Of a DNA stretch of 64,000 nt, positions 9,289 through 19,223 are shown in pieces. Origin of the DNA: an uncultured bacterium. GTDB taxonomy: Bacteria; SAR324; NAC60-12. Position 1 is the first letter of the stretch, and every line of letters begins with the position of its first letter. Position numbers and translations under genes: made by a program. Where the stretch lies: positions 1,481 to 65,480 of the forward strand of contig CAXGMD010000006.1 in assembly GCA_964010765.1 (NCBI GenBank), written 5' to 3'. Under the pieces are notes generated by a model that saw only the letters and a list, made by a program, of their open reading frames with translations, did not search any database and had not been told where the DNA came from.

Positions 9289-10572
9289 CTATTTGTGCTG
9301 AATTTTAGGCCAGTAAGTTGAGAAGTCAAAGCTGGGAGAATGGCTGCCGACATGACAGTTCACACAGGCTTGACGAGCATCCAGTGGTGGGTGGTTCAGT
9401 GGATTCTTGAGGTGTTCTTGGGCAGATCCATGACAGTTTTCACACTGCACATTAGCAAGTTGGGGTGTGAGTTGATTGCTGAGAAAGCCTTTCTTTTGAA
9501 ATCCAACAACATGGCACTGCAAGCACTCAGGATCGAAATCCTTACCGACTCTTGTCAGGGTGGCTAACGCATGGCTGTGTCGACTAGATTCCCAACTTTG
9601 ATGAGCTTGAGTGTGGCAGGTGGTACAAGCTGCAGCTCCAACAAATCGTGTTTCCTGTTGCAGTTGCTGCATCCGCTTTAATCCACTCAGGAATAATTGT
9701 TTGACCTCTTGATCATAGTTTGTGAACAGTGGTGTGAGGGGTTCCCAATCAGCAGTGTCCAGACGGAGCCAGCGAACATCTAACTGATCACTCGAAGAGA
9801 AGCCATGATAGAGTCCCTGCCCTTTGGTAGGGATCATCTGTAAGGGCTGAGTTGCGGTTGCAAAGGTTGTGACCTGATTCAATTCATCATCGTTGGTGCT
9901 ACCAACAAGAATTCGATCGAACCAACCGCTCTGCAGAAATCTATCTGCTTCTACAGATGTACCACGGAAGAGCAGCATTCGCTTGCTTCCTGGTTGGCTC
10001 TGGGATTGCCACTGTTGAATCAGTGCATTGCTGACTGGAAGAACGTTGGGTAGATCGTTTTCGTTCTGGTAGAGCAAATTGGGTGTGACGTAGCCCCAGA
10101 TCTCCCAACGCTCTCCACTAACGTTCTGACTGATGACCTGAGGCCAAGGTAAATCGATAGCGTTGCTGAGCAAATAGGGTAAGGAAGTGTCCCAGGTTGC
10201 CTGACCATAGTTCCATTCGTGAGGTCCTGGAAGAATAGCAGCAGGTTTCAGTAATTTCAGCGCCTGTTGAATCAAGTCTAGTTTCAGCTTTCCCTGAGCA
10301 GAGGGCTCGGGAAAATTGTTGCCCAAATCCAGATACAGCAAATCAGAGTGTTCTGAGCGCCAATTACTCAGTGCGGTTCCCCGACGCTGGAGTCCGCCCA
10401 TATCACCTTCCTCTGCACAGCCACAAGGCTTGATCTCACCACGCAAATCACCAGAGACCACTAGATAGGGTTCAGCATGTACCAGAGTTGCCCCAAGTAG
10501 AAAGGTTCCGAGTAGACCAAGCAGGAAGCGAGTACCTCTACGAGAAAGCGAAGAGACGCTGTGCATTTTCAT
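9289..10572 (-). CDS. Secreted metallophosphoesterase/5'-nucleotidase-like domain fused to a C-terminal tetraheme c-type cytochrome
   Basis: Signal peptide, then SGDLRGEIKPCGC...GGLQRRGTAL (calcineurin-like/5'-NT N-terminal pattern). C-terminus has four CXXCH motifs: CTTCH, CLQCH, CENCH, CVNCH. Confidence 0.7.
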   Translation of the reverse strand: MKMHSVSSLSRRGTRFLLGLLGTFLLGATLVHAEPYLVVSGDLRGEIKPCGCAEEGDMGGLQRRGTALSNWRSEHSDLLYLDLGNNFPEPSAQGKLKLDLIQQALKLLKPAAILPGPHEWNYGQATWDTSLPYLLSNAIDLPWPQVISQNVSGERWEIWGYVTPNLLYQNENDLPNVLPVSNALIQQWQSQSQPGSKRMLLFRGTSVEADRFLQSGWFDRILVGSTNDDELNQVTTFATATQPLQMIPTKGQGLYHGFSSSDQLDVRWLRLDTADWEPLTPLFTNYDQEVKQLFLSGLKRMQQLQQETRFVGAAACTTCHTQAHQSWESSRHSHALATLTRVGKDFDPECLQCHVVGFQKKGFLSNQLTPQLANVQCENCHGSAQEHLKNPLNHPPLDARQACVNCHVGSHSPSFDFSTYWPKIQHK

Positions 10573-11317
10573 TGGTTTGTTCTGCTAGTTGTTCAATGGG
10601 GATCTCTAGCCAGTCTGCGAGAAAGCTGGCTACAATGGGAATACGAGAAGGATCGTTGGGCTTGCCTCGATGGGGAATAGGGCTGAGAAAAGGAGAATCT
10701 GTTTCTAAGATCAGGTGACGCAAGGGGACTCGCTTCAGAGTGTCTCGCAGTTCTTGTGCATTTCGAAAAGTGACGATGCCATTGACTCCCAGTAGCCAAC
10801 CCATTTCTACCAACTGATGAGCCATTTTAGCAGAACTAGTGAAACTGTGAGCCACTCCACCTCGACTGGGGGGATGCTTGTGCAGAAGCACCATCGTGTC
10901 ATCTTCTGCTTCACGACTATGAAGGACGATCGGAAGTTGCAGTTCTTCAGCAAGCTGTAATTGGGCGGCAAAGGCAGCTTGTTGGACCTCCTTCTCTGCA
11001 TACATGTAGTGGTAATCGAGGCCAGTTTCTCCGACAGCAACAATTTCTGTCCGATTGGCAAGGCCGCGAATTTGCTCTGCTACAGTGTCATTGTATTGAC
11101 CGGCATCGTGCGGATGGATTCCCAGAGCTCCATAGACCTCCTCATGATTTGCTGCTGTCTCAGTCACAAAGCTGATCGATTCTGAATCTACTGAGATCGT
11201 CAACAATTTGTTCACTTGGGCGGCCTTAGCCTGGGTAAGGGCTTCTGGTAAAGAAAGTGCGAGTTTGTCCAGATGGCAATGGGTATCGATAAAACTTGTC
11301 ATCACAGGGAAGATCAT
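10538..11317 (-). CDS. tatD: TatD-family metal-dependent DNase/hydrolase
   Basis: Starts with the IDTHCHLD motif. 259 aa. Confidence 0.85.
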   Translation of the reverse strand: MIFPVMTSFIDTHCHLDKLALSLPEALTQAKAAQVNKLLTISVDSESISFVTETAANHEEVYGALGIHPHDAGQYNDTVAEQIRGLANRTEIVAVGETGLDYHYMYAEKEVQQAAFAAQLQLAEELQLPIVLHSREAEDDTMVLLHKHPPSRGGVAHSFTSSAKMAHQLVEMGWLLGVNGIVTFRNAQELRDTLKRVPLRHLILETDSPFLSPIPHRGKPNDPSRIPIVASFLADWLEIPIEQLAEQTNENAQRLFAFS

Positions 11318-11372
11318 TAGGATGGAAATTTTTAGTCAAATAGGCTTTTCACGTTACAAAGATCATCTTCCC

Positions 11373-11681
11373 ATGGTCAATGCAAAACGGACCGCAATCT
11401 TCAGTGTCATCTTGATGCTAGGTACTAGCGGCTGCTATCAAACGCACCTATATTTGGAAGCCAGTGAGCAACCTCCTGAGCCCGATGCCGTGGTACGCCA
11501 GATCAGTACCTTGTTTGCGACGACCGAATTGGAAGAAGCGCGTGCCCTGCGCACTGTCTGTCCGGGTGGAGTCTCCCAGATGGAAGTGGAACAGACAGCC
11601 GCAGATGGAGCCTTTCACTATCTGACGCTCGGGATGTATAGTCCCCAGACGGTTCGAGTTTGGTGCCAGCGACCGCGCTGA
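11373..11681 (+). CDS. Small lipoprotein (hypothetical)
   Basis: Internal ATG at 11373 gives MVNAKRTAIFSVILMLGTSGC (lipobox LGTSGC). The longer annotated ORF from 11208 overlaps tatD and is unlikely. Confidence 0.4.
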   Translation: MVNAKRTAIFSVILMLGTSGCYQTHLYLEASEQPPEPDAVVRQISTLFATTELEEARALRTVCPGGVSQMEVEQTAADGAFHYLTLGMYSPQTVRVWCQRPR

Positions 11682-11767
11682 GTACACTCTTGCCGTGTCA
11701 GCTTGGTATCCTTGACCTGCCTCAGGACCCCCTCCATCACCAAAAGTGAATCGTTCAGGAGATCGGA

Positions 11768-12499
11768 ATGCCACCCCAAGCTCCAACGCAGGAACTCTGT
11801 GATCGACTCGGCTATCAGTTCAGCAGACCTGAACTGCTGAAGCAGGCACTAACTCATAAATCTTGTGTTCATGATGGCAACGCCAGGAGTCCTCAACAGA
11901 ACAATGAACGCTTTGAATTTTTGGGAGATGCAGTACTGGATCTGCTGATCAGTGAATTGCTGATGGATCGATTCCCAGAGTTGTCGGAAGGTGGTCTTTC
12001 GAAATTGCGTGCTTCTCTGGTAAACGAAAGTGGGTTACGCCGGATTGCAAACTCGCTGGAGCTCGGTCAGTTTCTACTGATGGGCAAAGGTGAAGAAATG
12101 ACGGGTGGGCGCGAGAAAGCATCTCTGTTGGCAGACGCCGTCGAAGCACTTTTTGCTGCGATCTATTTGGATAGCCGAGAAAAGCAGGGACTGCAAGATG
12201 TGACGCGAATCGTCCACAAACTCTTCAGCAGTGTGCTGCCGGATCGGGTCGAAGATGTCGCTGTGAGGGATTTTAAGTCAGAATTACAGGAATATGTCCA
12301 GAAGCACTTTGGTGTACTGGTTACTTATGAGTTGATACACCAGACCGGACCCGATCACCAGAAAGAGTTCGAGATGGCAGCCTTGGTAGAACAGAAAGTA
12401 TATGGTCGTGGAACAGGTAAAAGCAAAAAACAAGCGGGTCAGCGAGCGGCCCAGCAAGCATTCGAAACCCTCGTTGCCCAAGCGTCCTCCACAAGCTAG
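11768..12499 (+). CDS. rnc: Ribonuclease III
   Basis: ERFEFLGDAVLDL catalytic signature. C-terminal dsRBD (GTGKSKKQAGQRAAQQA). Confidence 0.9.
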   Translation: MPPQAPTQELCDRLGYQFSRPELLKQALTHKSCVHDGNARSPQQNNERFEFLGDAVLDLLISELLMDRFPELSEGGLSKLRASLVNESGLRRIANSLELGQFLLMGKGEEMTGGREKASLLADAVEALFAAIYLDSREKQGLQDVTRIVHKLFSSVLPDRVEDVAVRDFKSELQEYVQKHFGVLVTYELIHQTGPDHQKEFEMAALVEQKVYGRGTGKSKKQAGQRAAQQAFETLVAQASSTS

Positions 12500-12503
12500 A
12501 AAC

Positions 12504-13268
12504 ATGACGAGTCTTCCTCCAGTAGTTGAGAATGCTGCGGTCAGAATTCAGAAAGTGATGGCCCAGGCTGGTATCGCTTCCAGACGTGCTGCAGAGAAGA
12601 TGATTCTTGAGGGCATAGTCAGTCTCAACGGTCAGACAGTCACAGAGTTGGGTCACCGAATGGTCCCAGGTCGGGACCATTTGGTGGTTGATGGAAAGAA
12701 GGTTCGGCTTCCAGAAGTCGGACAGCGCAAGGTGTACGCGCTCTACAAGCCCAAGAATTGCATCACATCTCTGAGTGATCCAGAAGGTCGACGAACGATC
12801 GTTGATTACTTCCCGCGCAAGTCGCAGCGCCTTTTTCCAGTGGGTCGTCTAGATTACGACGCAGAAGGATTGCTGCTACTGACAAACGATGGTGAATTTG
12901 CTCACCGCATCATGCATCCGCGCTTCAAGATCGCTAAGAGTTACTTCGTGAAAGTACGCGGCCTGATTCAGTTTTCGGAGATGGAGCCATTGCGTCGTGG
13001 GCCTGTGATTGATGGACGCTCTCACATGCCGGTCCAGAGCAAAATTCTTCATCAGCGTAATGACAAAACTTGGCTGGAAGTGATTCTTCACGAAGGCACA
13101 AACCAGCAAATTAAGAAAATGTTCCTCGGGTTGGGCTATCCGGTGCTCAAGATTAAGCGCTTTCGGATTGGTAGTATTGATCTGGGGGCCTTACGACCCG
13201 GAGAACATCGGATTCTCTCCAAGGAAGAGCGCCAGCAACTGCTCGATCTTGCTGGTAATCCTAGTTAG
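12504..13268 (+). CDS. rluB: 23S rRNA pseudouridine synthase (RluB/RsuA family)
   Basis: S4 domain (RIQKVMAQAGIASRRAAEKMI) plus the PseudoU_synth_2 core (LLLLTNDGEFAHRIMHP). Start chosen at ATG 12504. Confidence 0.85.
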   Translation: MTSLPPVVENAAVRIQKVMAQAGIASRRAAEKMILEGIVSLNGQTVTELGHRMVPGRDHLVVDGKKVRLPEVGQRKVYALYKPKNCITSLSDPEGRRTIVDYFPRKSQRLFPVGRLDYDAEGLLLLTNDGEFAHRIMHPRFKIAKSYFVKVRGLIQFSEMEPLRRGPVIDGRSHMPVQSKILHQRNDKTWLEVILHEGTNQQIKKMFLGLGYPVLKIKRFRIGSIDLGALRPGEHRILSKEERQQLLDLAGNPS

Positions 13269-13313
13269 TGAATCACCCAATTCGCCTCTCCTCTATCTTG
13301 ATTGTAAACTGAC

Positions 13314-14933
13314 GTGGCAAAAAAGAAGGAACTTTACAAGTTAGCAGTTGTTGATGACAGGTTGTTGTTGCGTGTTCCACCACAGCTGGTTGGGGCTGAA
13401 GTCGCCAATTTGGACGACATCCAGCGTGAGTTGCACGTCATGGATGTGCCCTATCTGCCGGAACGCCTACTGGAAATTTACGAACGAAGCACAGGGAACT
13501 TTGAGGAACTCAGTGACCTGACAAGTGGCAAATTTTTGATGCAGGTGGAAATCAGTCATGATGAGCAAAGCGCGTTTCTGAATTTGATTCCACCAGCGGC
13601 AGACGATGCAACTGTCACGATTGAGGAAGTCGAGCATTTTCTGGAGCAGCATGACGTAGTGCAAGGCCTCAATCCGGCATCCGTGCAGAAGATGATTGAT
13701 GAGAAGAGCTACTATGATTTCATCTGTGTAGCCCAGGGTGGCCGAGCTCGCAACGGTACAAACGGAACCCCAGAACTGACTTTCATGGATCGCTCAGGTT
13801 ATGACGATCTCTCGGGAATTGATCTGCGTACCGTGCCGATGATGCAGAAGGTTGAGGCTGGACAAGTCCTGGCACGCGTATACGCACCTACCGATGGTGA
13901 TGATGGATACTCTGTCAAGGGACGGGCGATCAGTGCCGTTCCAGGACGTATCTGTCAATTGGTGCCTGGACAGAATGCACGCTATGGTACGGCACGTAAC
14001 GAAATTGTGGCTGATAAGGATGGAGTGGTCTGCTACCACAATGGTGCCCTCCATGTTCACGACCTCAAGACAGTCGACAATATCCATGCAGGTGTTGTTC
14101 GATTTGACGGGGTCTTGCAGGTCAAGGGCAACATTGGAGACAGTTGCCGTGTGGAAGCCTTCCGTATTGAGGTCAGCGGTTCCATTGGACAGTCGGTGGT
14201 GCGGGCGACCAGTGACGTACATGTACAGCAGAATGTCTTGAAAGGGACGATTCAAGCAGGAGGTTCCTTCAGTGCTAACGAGTTGATGGAGGCCACTGTT
14301 ACTGCTGGAGAGCACCTGTTTGTGCTGGGGAATATCACGGATTCGACTGTAAGTGGTGGGGAGTGTGTGCGCATCCTGAACAAGGACGGAGACGTTGCTG
14401 GAAGTAAGATCGAAGGGGGATACGTGGTCTTGGTCCCAAGTGTTGGAGCTCAGGAAGGAGCAAAGAAATCAACCTTGGAAGTTGGCATTTCACTGAGTGA
14501 GCGGAAGCGGATCCGAGAACGTGAAGATGAGCTAAAGTCACTGGTTGCGGACTTCAGTAAAGAACGCGAAGCAGTGGATGCAATCGTGCGTCGTTGGGGT
14601 AAGGGGAAGCCTACTGGAAATGATGAGAAGGATCTGGCTCCTCTTGGAGAGGAAATAGCCCAGAAAGTGAGCAAGACCCATCGCTACATGCGGGAGATCA
14701 GAGGCTTTAAGCGGATTAGCGATATCAGTGAACAAATGGATGGAGGTGCAGTCATTCTGACAGGCAAAGCTATCGCTGGAACATCCATCTTTGTACGCCG
14801 AACAAGATTCAATCTGGTTAGTGACGCAGAAGGGATGGCCTATCAGTTTTCTCAGAATGGTGTGCAGACGCGGCCCTACGAACCAGTTCTGGAGCTTTAC
14901 CAGAAGTACTTGATCGACTTGCCGGAGGAGTGA
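13314..14933 (+). CDS. FapA/DUF342-family protein (beta-helical, polymer-forming)
   Basis: 539 aa. N-terminal FapA_N-like region, a central run of short repeating beta-strand units (VKGNIGDSCRVEAFRIEVSGSIGQSVVRATSDVHVQQNVLKGTIQAGG...), and a C-terminal coiled coil. Confidence 0.5.
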   Translation: MAKKKELYKLAVVDDRLLLRVPPQLVGAEVANLDDIQRELHVMDVPYLPERLLEIYERSTGNFEELSDLTSGKFLMQVEISHDEQSAFLNLIPPAADDATVTIEEVEHFLEQHDVVQGLNPASVQKMIDEKSYYDFICVAQGGRARNGTNGTPELTFMDRSGYDDLSGIDLRTVPMMQKVEAGQVLARVYAPTDGDDGYSVKGRAISAVPGRICQLVPGQNARYGTARNEIVADKDGVVCYHNGALHVHDLKTVDNIHAGVVRFDGVLQVKGNIGDSCRVEAFRIEVSGSIGQSVVRATSDVHVQQNVLKGTIQAGGSFSANELMEATVTAGEHLFVLGNITDSTVSGGECVRILNKDGDVAGSKIEGGYVVLVPSVGAQEGAKKSTLEVGISLSERKRIREREDELKSLVADFSKEREAVDAIVRRWGKGKPTGNDEKDLAPLGEEIAQKVSKTHRYMREIRGFKRISDISEQMDGGAVILTGKAIAGTSIFVRRTRFNLVSDAEGMAYQFSQNGVQTRPYEPVLELYQKYLIDLPEE

Positions 14934-14936
14934 ATC

Positions 14937-15761
14937 ATGGCGGATATCAACCGAGATGAAATTGAACGCCGAATCCGTCGTCGGGAACCCCTGCGTGATC
15001 TGAACCTGAGTAGCATAAAGCTGGATGGGATGTCTCTGGCCGGTGGTGTGTTTCGACGATGCCGCTTCAACGACACCACTTTCTTGAGCACGGTATTAGA
15101 CGCAGTTCGTTTTGAGGCTTGTATCCTCGGTGGTTGCGATATGCGTGGGGCGAGCATGCGTGAAGCGGCGCTGGAGAACTGTGATCTGGACGGTACCAAT
15201 CTTCAGAATTCCAGTTTGGGTGAGACGAGTTTCCGTTCTTCTTCACTGGTGCGTACCGACTTCAGCGGCGCCAGGATGGAGCGAGTGATTCTGATTGAGG
15301 TGAATGCTGAGTTAGCGAGTTTTTCACAAGCTCGGCTGAACGGGGCCTATCTGATGCGGGGTAAGTTCCTACTCTGTGACTTCTCATTGGCGGAAGCTGA
15401 AGGACTGATGGCCACCAAGGCAGATTTCACAGGCTCCTTGATGACAGCGGCATCTTTGGAGCAGGCAGTGATTGCCAATTCCTCATTCAGCTTCTGTGAT
15501 TTAACAGTCGTCTCGGGCAACAGAGCGATGCTGAAGGGTAGTAATTTCTACAAGGCAAAGCTGTTTCAAGCACAATTCCACGAAGCCAATCTGGAAGATG
15601 CTTTGATCTGTGGTGTGAATGGTAGGGAAGCGGTATTTACGAACGCCAAGCTCAACAAGGCCAGCTTTCTACAATCGGATTTGCAGGGCAGCAACTTGAC
15701 TGGTGCCGAGACACAGGGGACTCTGATGAAGGGAGCCAACCTGGAGGGAGTGACCCAATGA
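14937..15761 (+). CDS. Pentapeptide-repeat protein
   Basis: Tandem A(D/N)LXX repeats throughout (CRFNDTTFLSTVLDAVRFEACILGGCDMRGASMREAALENCDLDGTNLQNSSLGE...). Confidence 0.75.
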   Translation: MADINRDEIERRIRRREPLRDLNLSSIKLDGMSLAGGVFRRCRFNDTTFLSTVLDAVRFEACILGGCDMRGASMREAALENCDLDGTNLQNSSLGETSFRSSSLVRTDFSGARMERVILIEVNAELASFSQARLNGAYLMRGKFLLCDFSLAEAEGLMATKADFTGSLMTAASLEQAVIANSSFSFCDLTVVSGNRAMLKGSNFYKAKLFQAQFHEANLEDALICGVNGREAVFTNAKLNKASFLQSDLQGSNLTGAETQGTLMKGANLEGVTQ

Positions 15762-16207
15762 AATGGTGGCTAGGATTGCTGGCGCTTACCCTTCTTTGTG
15801 TTGGTACAGCTCATGCGGAGTATCGGGCCTATGAGCTAGAAATTTTTGATCGTATCAATAATCGTTCTCGGGTCGTCATTACTTCGTTTTCCCCGAGTGA
15901 TTTTATTCAGGTGAATGGGGGTCCCCAGCGGATTGGTGTGATCATTCGGGCATCTTGGATCTGTTATGGAGATACTTCCAATGGAGAGGCAGTTTGTCCA
16001 ATGCCCAAACCGATCAATCCTCGCTTTCAAGAAGGAGAGCGGGTACAGATCAATCTTCCTAAACACTTGACGCATGACTGGGTTGGATTAGTTGAAAATA
16101 GCTTCTTTCGACCAGAATTGCGCAGCAACGTCTACGGTATCCGCTTTCCGGAGAAAGCCGGGCTATACACTCGCTACTACGAATCCAATCTCCAAAAAGC
16201 TCCCTAA
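15758..16207 (+). CDS. Hypothetical secreted protein
   Basis: Signal peptide MKWWLGLLALTLLCVGTAHA. Start overlaps the upstream stop (ATGA). Confidence 0.45.
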   Translation: MKWWLGLLALTLLCVGTAHAEYRAYELEIFDRINNRSRVVITSFSPSDFIQVNGGPQRIGVIIRASWICYGDTSNGEAVCPMPKPINPRFQEGERVQINLPKHLTHDWVGLVENSFFRPELRSNVYGIRFPEKAGLYTRYYESNLQKAP

Positions 16208-16228
16208 AACTCTGTCCTAAAACAAACC

Positions 16229-17140
16229 ATGAAAGCCGACTTGCTGGCAGCCAGCCTGATGACCGCAATCAAGACGCCTTACTGTTCTGATGGATCAATT
16301 GACCTAGCAACCTATGATTTTCTACTGCAGGAGCAGATCAAACACGGTGTTGAGGGAATCATAGTTGGCGGTACTACGGGAGAAGGTCACTTGATGCATT
16401 GGGAAGAACACCTGATGTTGATTGCTCATACCGTTCATTATTTTGGAGATCGGCTGAAGGTGATTGGCAATACCGGAAGCAACAACACGCGGGAAGCACT
16501 CAAGGCCACCGAATACGGCTTCGCTTCAGGGATGCACGCTTCACTGCAGATCAATCCCTACTACGGCAAGACCTCCCCAACAGGGCTTAAAGAGCACTTC
16601 CAGCGAGTGTTGGAGTTGGGCCCCGCCATCATCTACAACGTACCCTCTCGCACTGGACAAGACCTGCCTCCAGAACTGATTCGTGAATTGGCTAAACATT
16701 CGAACCTGTTGGGTGTTAAGGAATGCGCAGGGAATGATCGAATTGCAGCCTACGAAAAAGAAGGAATCGCTTGCTGGTCTGGGAATGATGATCAGGCATG
16801 GGAAGCTCGACACCGTTGTGGTGGACATGGTGTGATTTCTGTCACTGCCAACGTAGTGCCTGGCTTGATGCGCTGCTTGATGGATGAGCCAGACTCAACC
16901 CTAGCTGACCGATTGGAACCCTTGATGAACTGGCTGTTTGTTCATCCTAATCCAATTGGAGTCAACACTGCTTTGGCAATGACTGGCGCTACCAAGCCAG
17001 TTTTTCGACTACCTTATGTCCCGTTGGACACCGAACTCCGACAGACTGGAATAGATTTACTGCAGCAGTTTGAATCTGGTGATTTGGTTGGTTCCTCCCT
17101 CGAATTAATGCGTGACGAAGACTTCCAACTTGTCGCCTGA
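16229..17140 (+). CDS. dapA: 4-hydroxy-tetrahydrodipicolinate synthase
   Basis: DapA fold motifs GTTGEG and the Schiff-base lysine context LLGVKECAG. 303 aa. Confidence 0.85.
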   Translation: MKADLLAASLMTAIKTPYCSDGSIDLATYDFLLQEQIKHGVEGIIVGGTTGEGHLMHWEEHLMLIAHTVHYFGDRLKVIGNTGSNNTREALKATEYGFASGMHASLQINPYYGKTSPTGLKEHFQRVLELGPAIIYNVPSRTGQDLPPELIRELAKHSNLLGVKECAGNDRIAAYEKEGIACWSGNDDQAWEARHRCGGHGVISVTANVVPGLMRCLMDEPDSTLADRLEPLMNWLFVHPNPIGVNTALAMTGATKPVFRLPYVPLDTELRQTGIDLLQQFESGDLVGSSLELMRDEDFQLVA

Positions 17141-17188
17141 ATCCCCCAGAACTCCCTAGTACGAGCTAACTCGTCATGAGAAAGTAGG

Positions 17189-17749
17189 ATGCGCCACAAA
17201 GCCCGCGAGATCGCCCTGCAAGGCCTTTATCAGTTGGAAATCCACAAGACCACAGAACTAGATCTGATTGATGCCTTCCTCGCCAGAACTCGTCAGGATG
17301 AATGGGAACACTTCCGTAGTCGTCTCAAGGAAGACAAGTCCGCGACGGAACAAATAGATGCGAAGCACCAGGAGTTCGGTAAGAAGCTACAGGAAACTCT
17401 TGAATTCGCTCGCAACCTGATACAGGGTGCTTCCCTCCATCGCAAGAAACTGGATCGTGTGATCAAGCACAATCTAGAGAGCTGGAAATTAGGCCGTCTC
17501 TCTGTGCTGACCCGTAACGTCCTTCGACTGGCAGTGTACGAGATGCTTTTTCAGGCGAACGAAGTACCACACCGGGTTGTCATCAATGAAGCATTGGAAT
17601 TGACAGACTCTTTCATTGATGAAAAGACCAAGAGCTTTGTTAATAGTGTTCTCCAGAAGGTCTACGACCGGCAGCGCCAGCCTCAGGTCGACTCCGCTCA
17701 AACACCTCCCATAGAAACCACACTGGAATCCGCAGAACCAAATTCCTGA
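17189..17749 (+). CDS. nusB: Transcription antitermination factor NusB (with C-terminal extension)
   Basis: MRHKAREIALQGLYQ NusB N-terminal signature. Confidence 0.8.
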   Translation: MRHKAREIALQGLYQLEIHKTTELDLIDAFLARTRQDEWEHFRSRLKEDKSATEQIDAKHQEFGKKLQETLEFARNLIQGASLHRKKLDRVIKHNLESWKLGRLSVLTRNVLRLAVYEMLFQANEVPHRVVINEALELTDSFIDEKTKSFVNSVLQKVYDRQRQPQVDSAQTPPIETTLESAEPNS

Positions 17750-17756
17750 ACTCTGC

Positions 17757-19220
17757 ATGCTGTCTGAATTTTCTGCTCTGCGCACGGATCTCTACCAGAT
17801 CACCATGGCTTACGGCTACTGGAAGAGTGGTTTGCAAAATCGAGAAGGCGTCTTCCATATGGTTTTTCGTACCGCTCCTTTCATGGGTGGGTTCACGATT
17901 GCCTGTGGCTTGGAGGACGTGGTGCATTATCTCAAAAATTTTCGCTTCACCGACTCCGACCTGTCCTATCTGGCAACTCTAGAGGGCAGTGATGGCAAGC
18001 CATTGTTTGAAAAGCCGTTTCTGAAGTACCTCGAGGAGATGGAACTGGTCTGTGATCTGGATGCGGTTCCCGAGGGAACGGTGGTCTTCCCATATGAGCC
18101 CTTGTTACGTGTTCAGGGACCGTTGATTCAGTGTCAGTTGCTGGAGTCCCACATTCTCAATGTCGTTAATTTCCAGACACTGATCGCTACAAAGGCAGCT
18201 CGTATCTGCATAGCGACAAAGGGCAAGCCTGTGCTGGAATTTGGACTACGCCGCGCACAAGGGTCGGATGGCGCCCTGGCTGCCAGTCGAGCAGCCTATG
18301 TCGGTGGATGTGTGGCGACATCGAATGTTCTCGCTGGAAAGCACTACGGGATCCCAGTCCGAGGCACGATGGGTCACAGTTGGGTGATGTCTTTCGATAA
18401 TGAACGGGAAGCCTTTGCGACCTACGCCAAGGTGATGCCTAATAACACAGTGTTGCTAGTCGATACCTATTCAACTCTGCGAGGGGTTCAGAATGCAATT
18501 GAAGTTGGGCGAGAACTACGAGCACAAGGCCATGAATTGGCTGGAATTCGACTCGATTCAGGAGACTTGGCCTACCTCAGTGTGGAAGCTCGGCGAATGC
18601 TTGATGAGAATGGTTTTCAGGAAACGAAGATACTAGCCAGTAACGACTTGGATGAATTTGTTGTGGATTCTCTGCAGCTCCAACAAGCTCAGATCGATGC
18701 CTGGGGAATTGGCACTAAGCTCGTCACCGCTTATGATCAGCCGGCGCTTGATGGTGTCTACAAGATGGGAGCAATTCGAGATCCAGGTAAAGACTGGCAA
18801 TATAAGATCAAGATTGCTGAGCAATCAAACAAACTGACCACTCCGGGCATTCAGCAAGTCAGAAGATATCGACAGAACGGACACTACGCTGCTGATATGA
18901 TCTACGATGTGCAGCAAGGATTCGACATTCCCTGTACAATGGTGGATCCATTCGACATCACCCGCCAGCGACATTTTGAGTCTGATGCAAACTGGGAAGA
19001 CCTGTTGCAGCCGGTATTCCGGCAAGGGAAAGCTGTTCAGGAGTTGCCATCCTTGAACAGTATCCGTGAGCGAGTACAGTCACAGTTGAATGGCTTCCAT
19101 AGCGGGGTACTGCGTACTGTCAACCCCCATGAATATCCTGTGGGCATGGAGCGTGGGCTCTTCGACTTACGTACTCGTCTCGCCCTGGAGGTTCGTAACC
19201 AGTCACGTCATGCGAACTGA
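17757..19220 (+). CDS. pncB: Nicotinate phosphoribosyltransferase
   Basis: YQITMAYGYWK N-terminal motif of NAPRTase. 487 aa. Confidence 0.85.
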   Translation: MLSEFSALRTDLYQITMAYGYWKSGLQNREGVFHMVFRTAPFMGGFTIACGLEDVVHYLKNFRFTDSDLSYLATLEGSDGKPLFEKPFLKYLEEMELVCDLDAVPEGTVVFPYEPLLRVQGPLIQCQLLESHILNVVNFQTLIATKAARICIATKGKPVLEFGLRRAQGSDGALAASRAAYVGGCVATSNVLAGKHYGIPVRGTMGHSWVMSFDNEREAFATYAKVMPNNTVLLVDTYSTLRGVQNAIEVGRELRAQGHELAGIRLDSGDLAYLSVEARRMLDENGFQETKILASNDLDEFVVDSLQLQQAQIDAWGIGTKLVTAYDQPALDGVYKMGAIRDPGKDWQYKIKIAEQSNKLTTPGIQQVRRYRQNGHYAADMIYDVQQGFDIPCTMVDPFDITRQRHFESDANWEDLLQPVFRQGKAVQELPSLNSIRERVQSQLNGFHSGVLRTVNPHEYPVGMERGLFDLRTRLALEVRNQSRHAN

Positions 19221-19223
19221 AAA

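Noticed and set aside
11208-11372. 5' part of the annotated 157-aa ORF overlapping the tatD start
   Set aside because: It overlaps 110 nt of tatD on the opposite strand. An internal ATG yields a clean lipoprotein signal, so the upstream extension was judged spurious.
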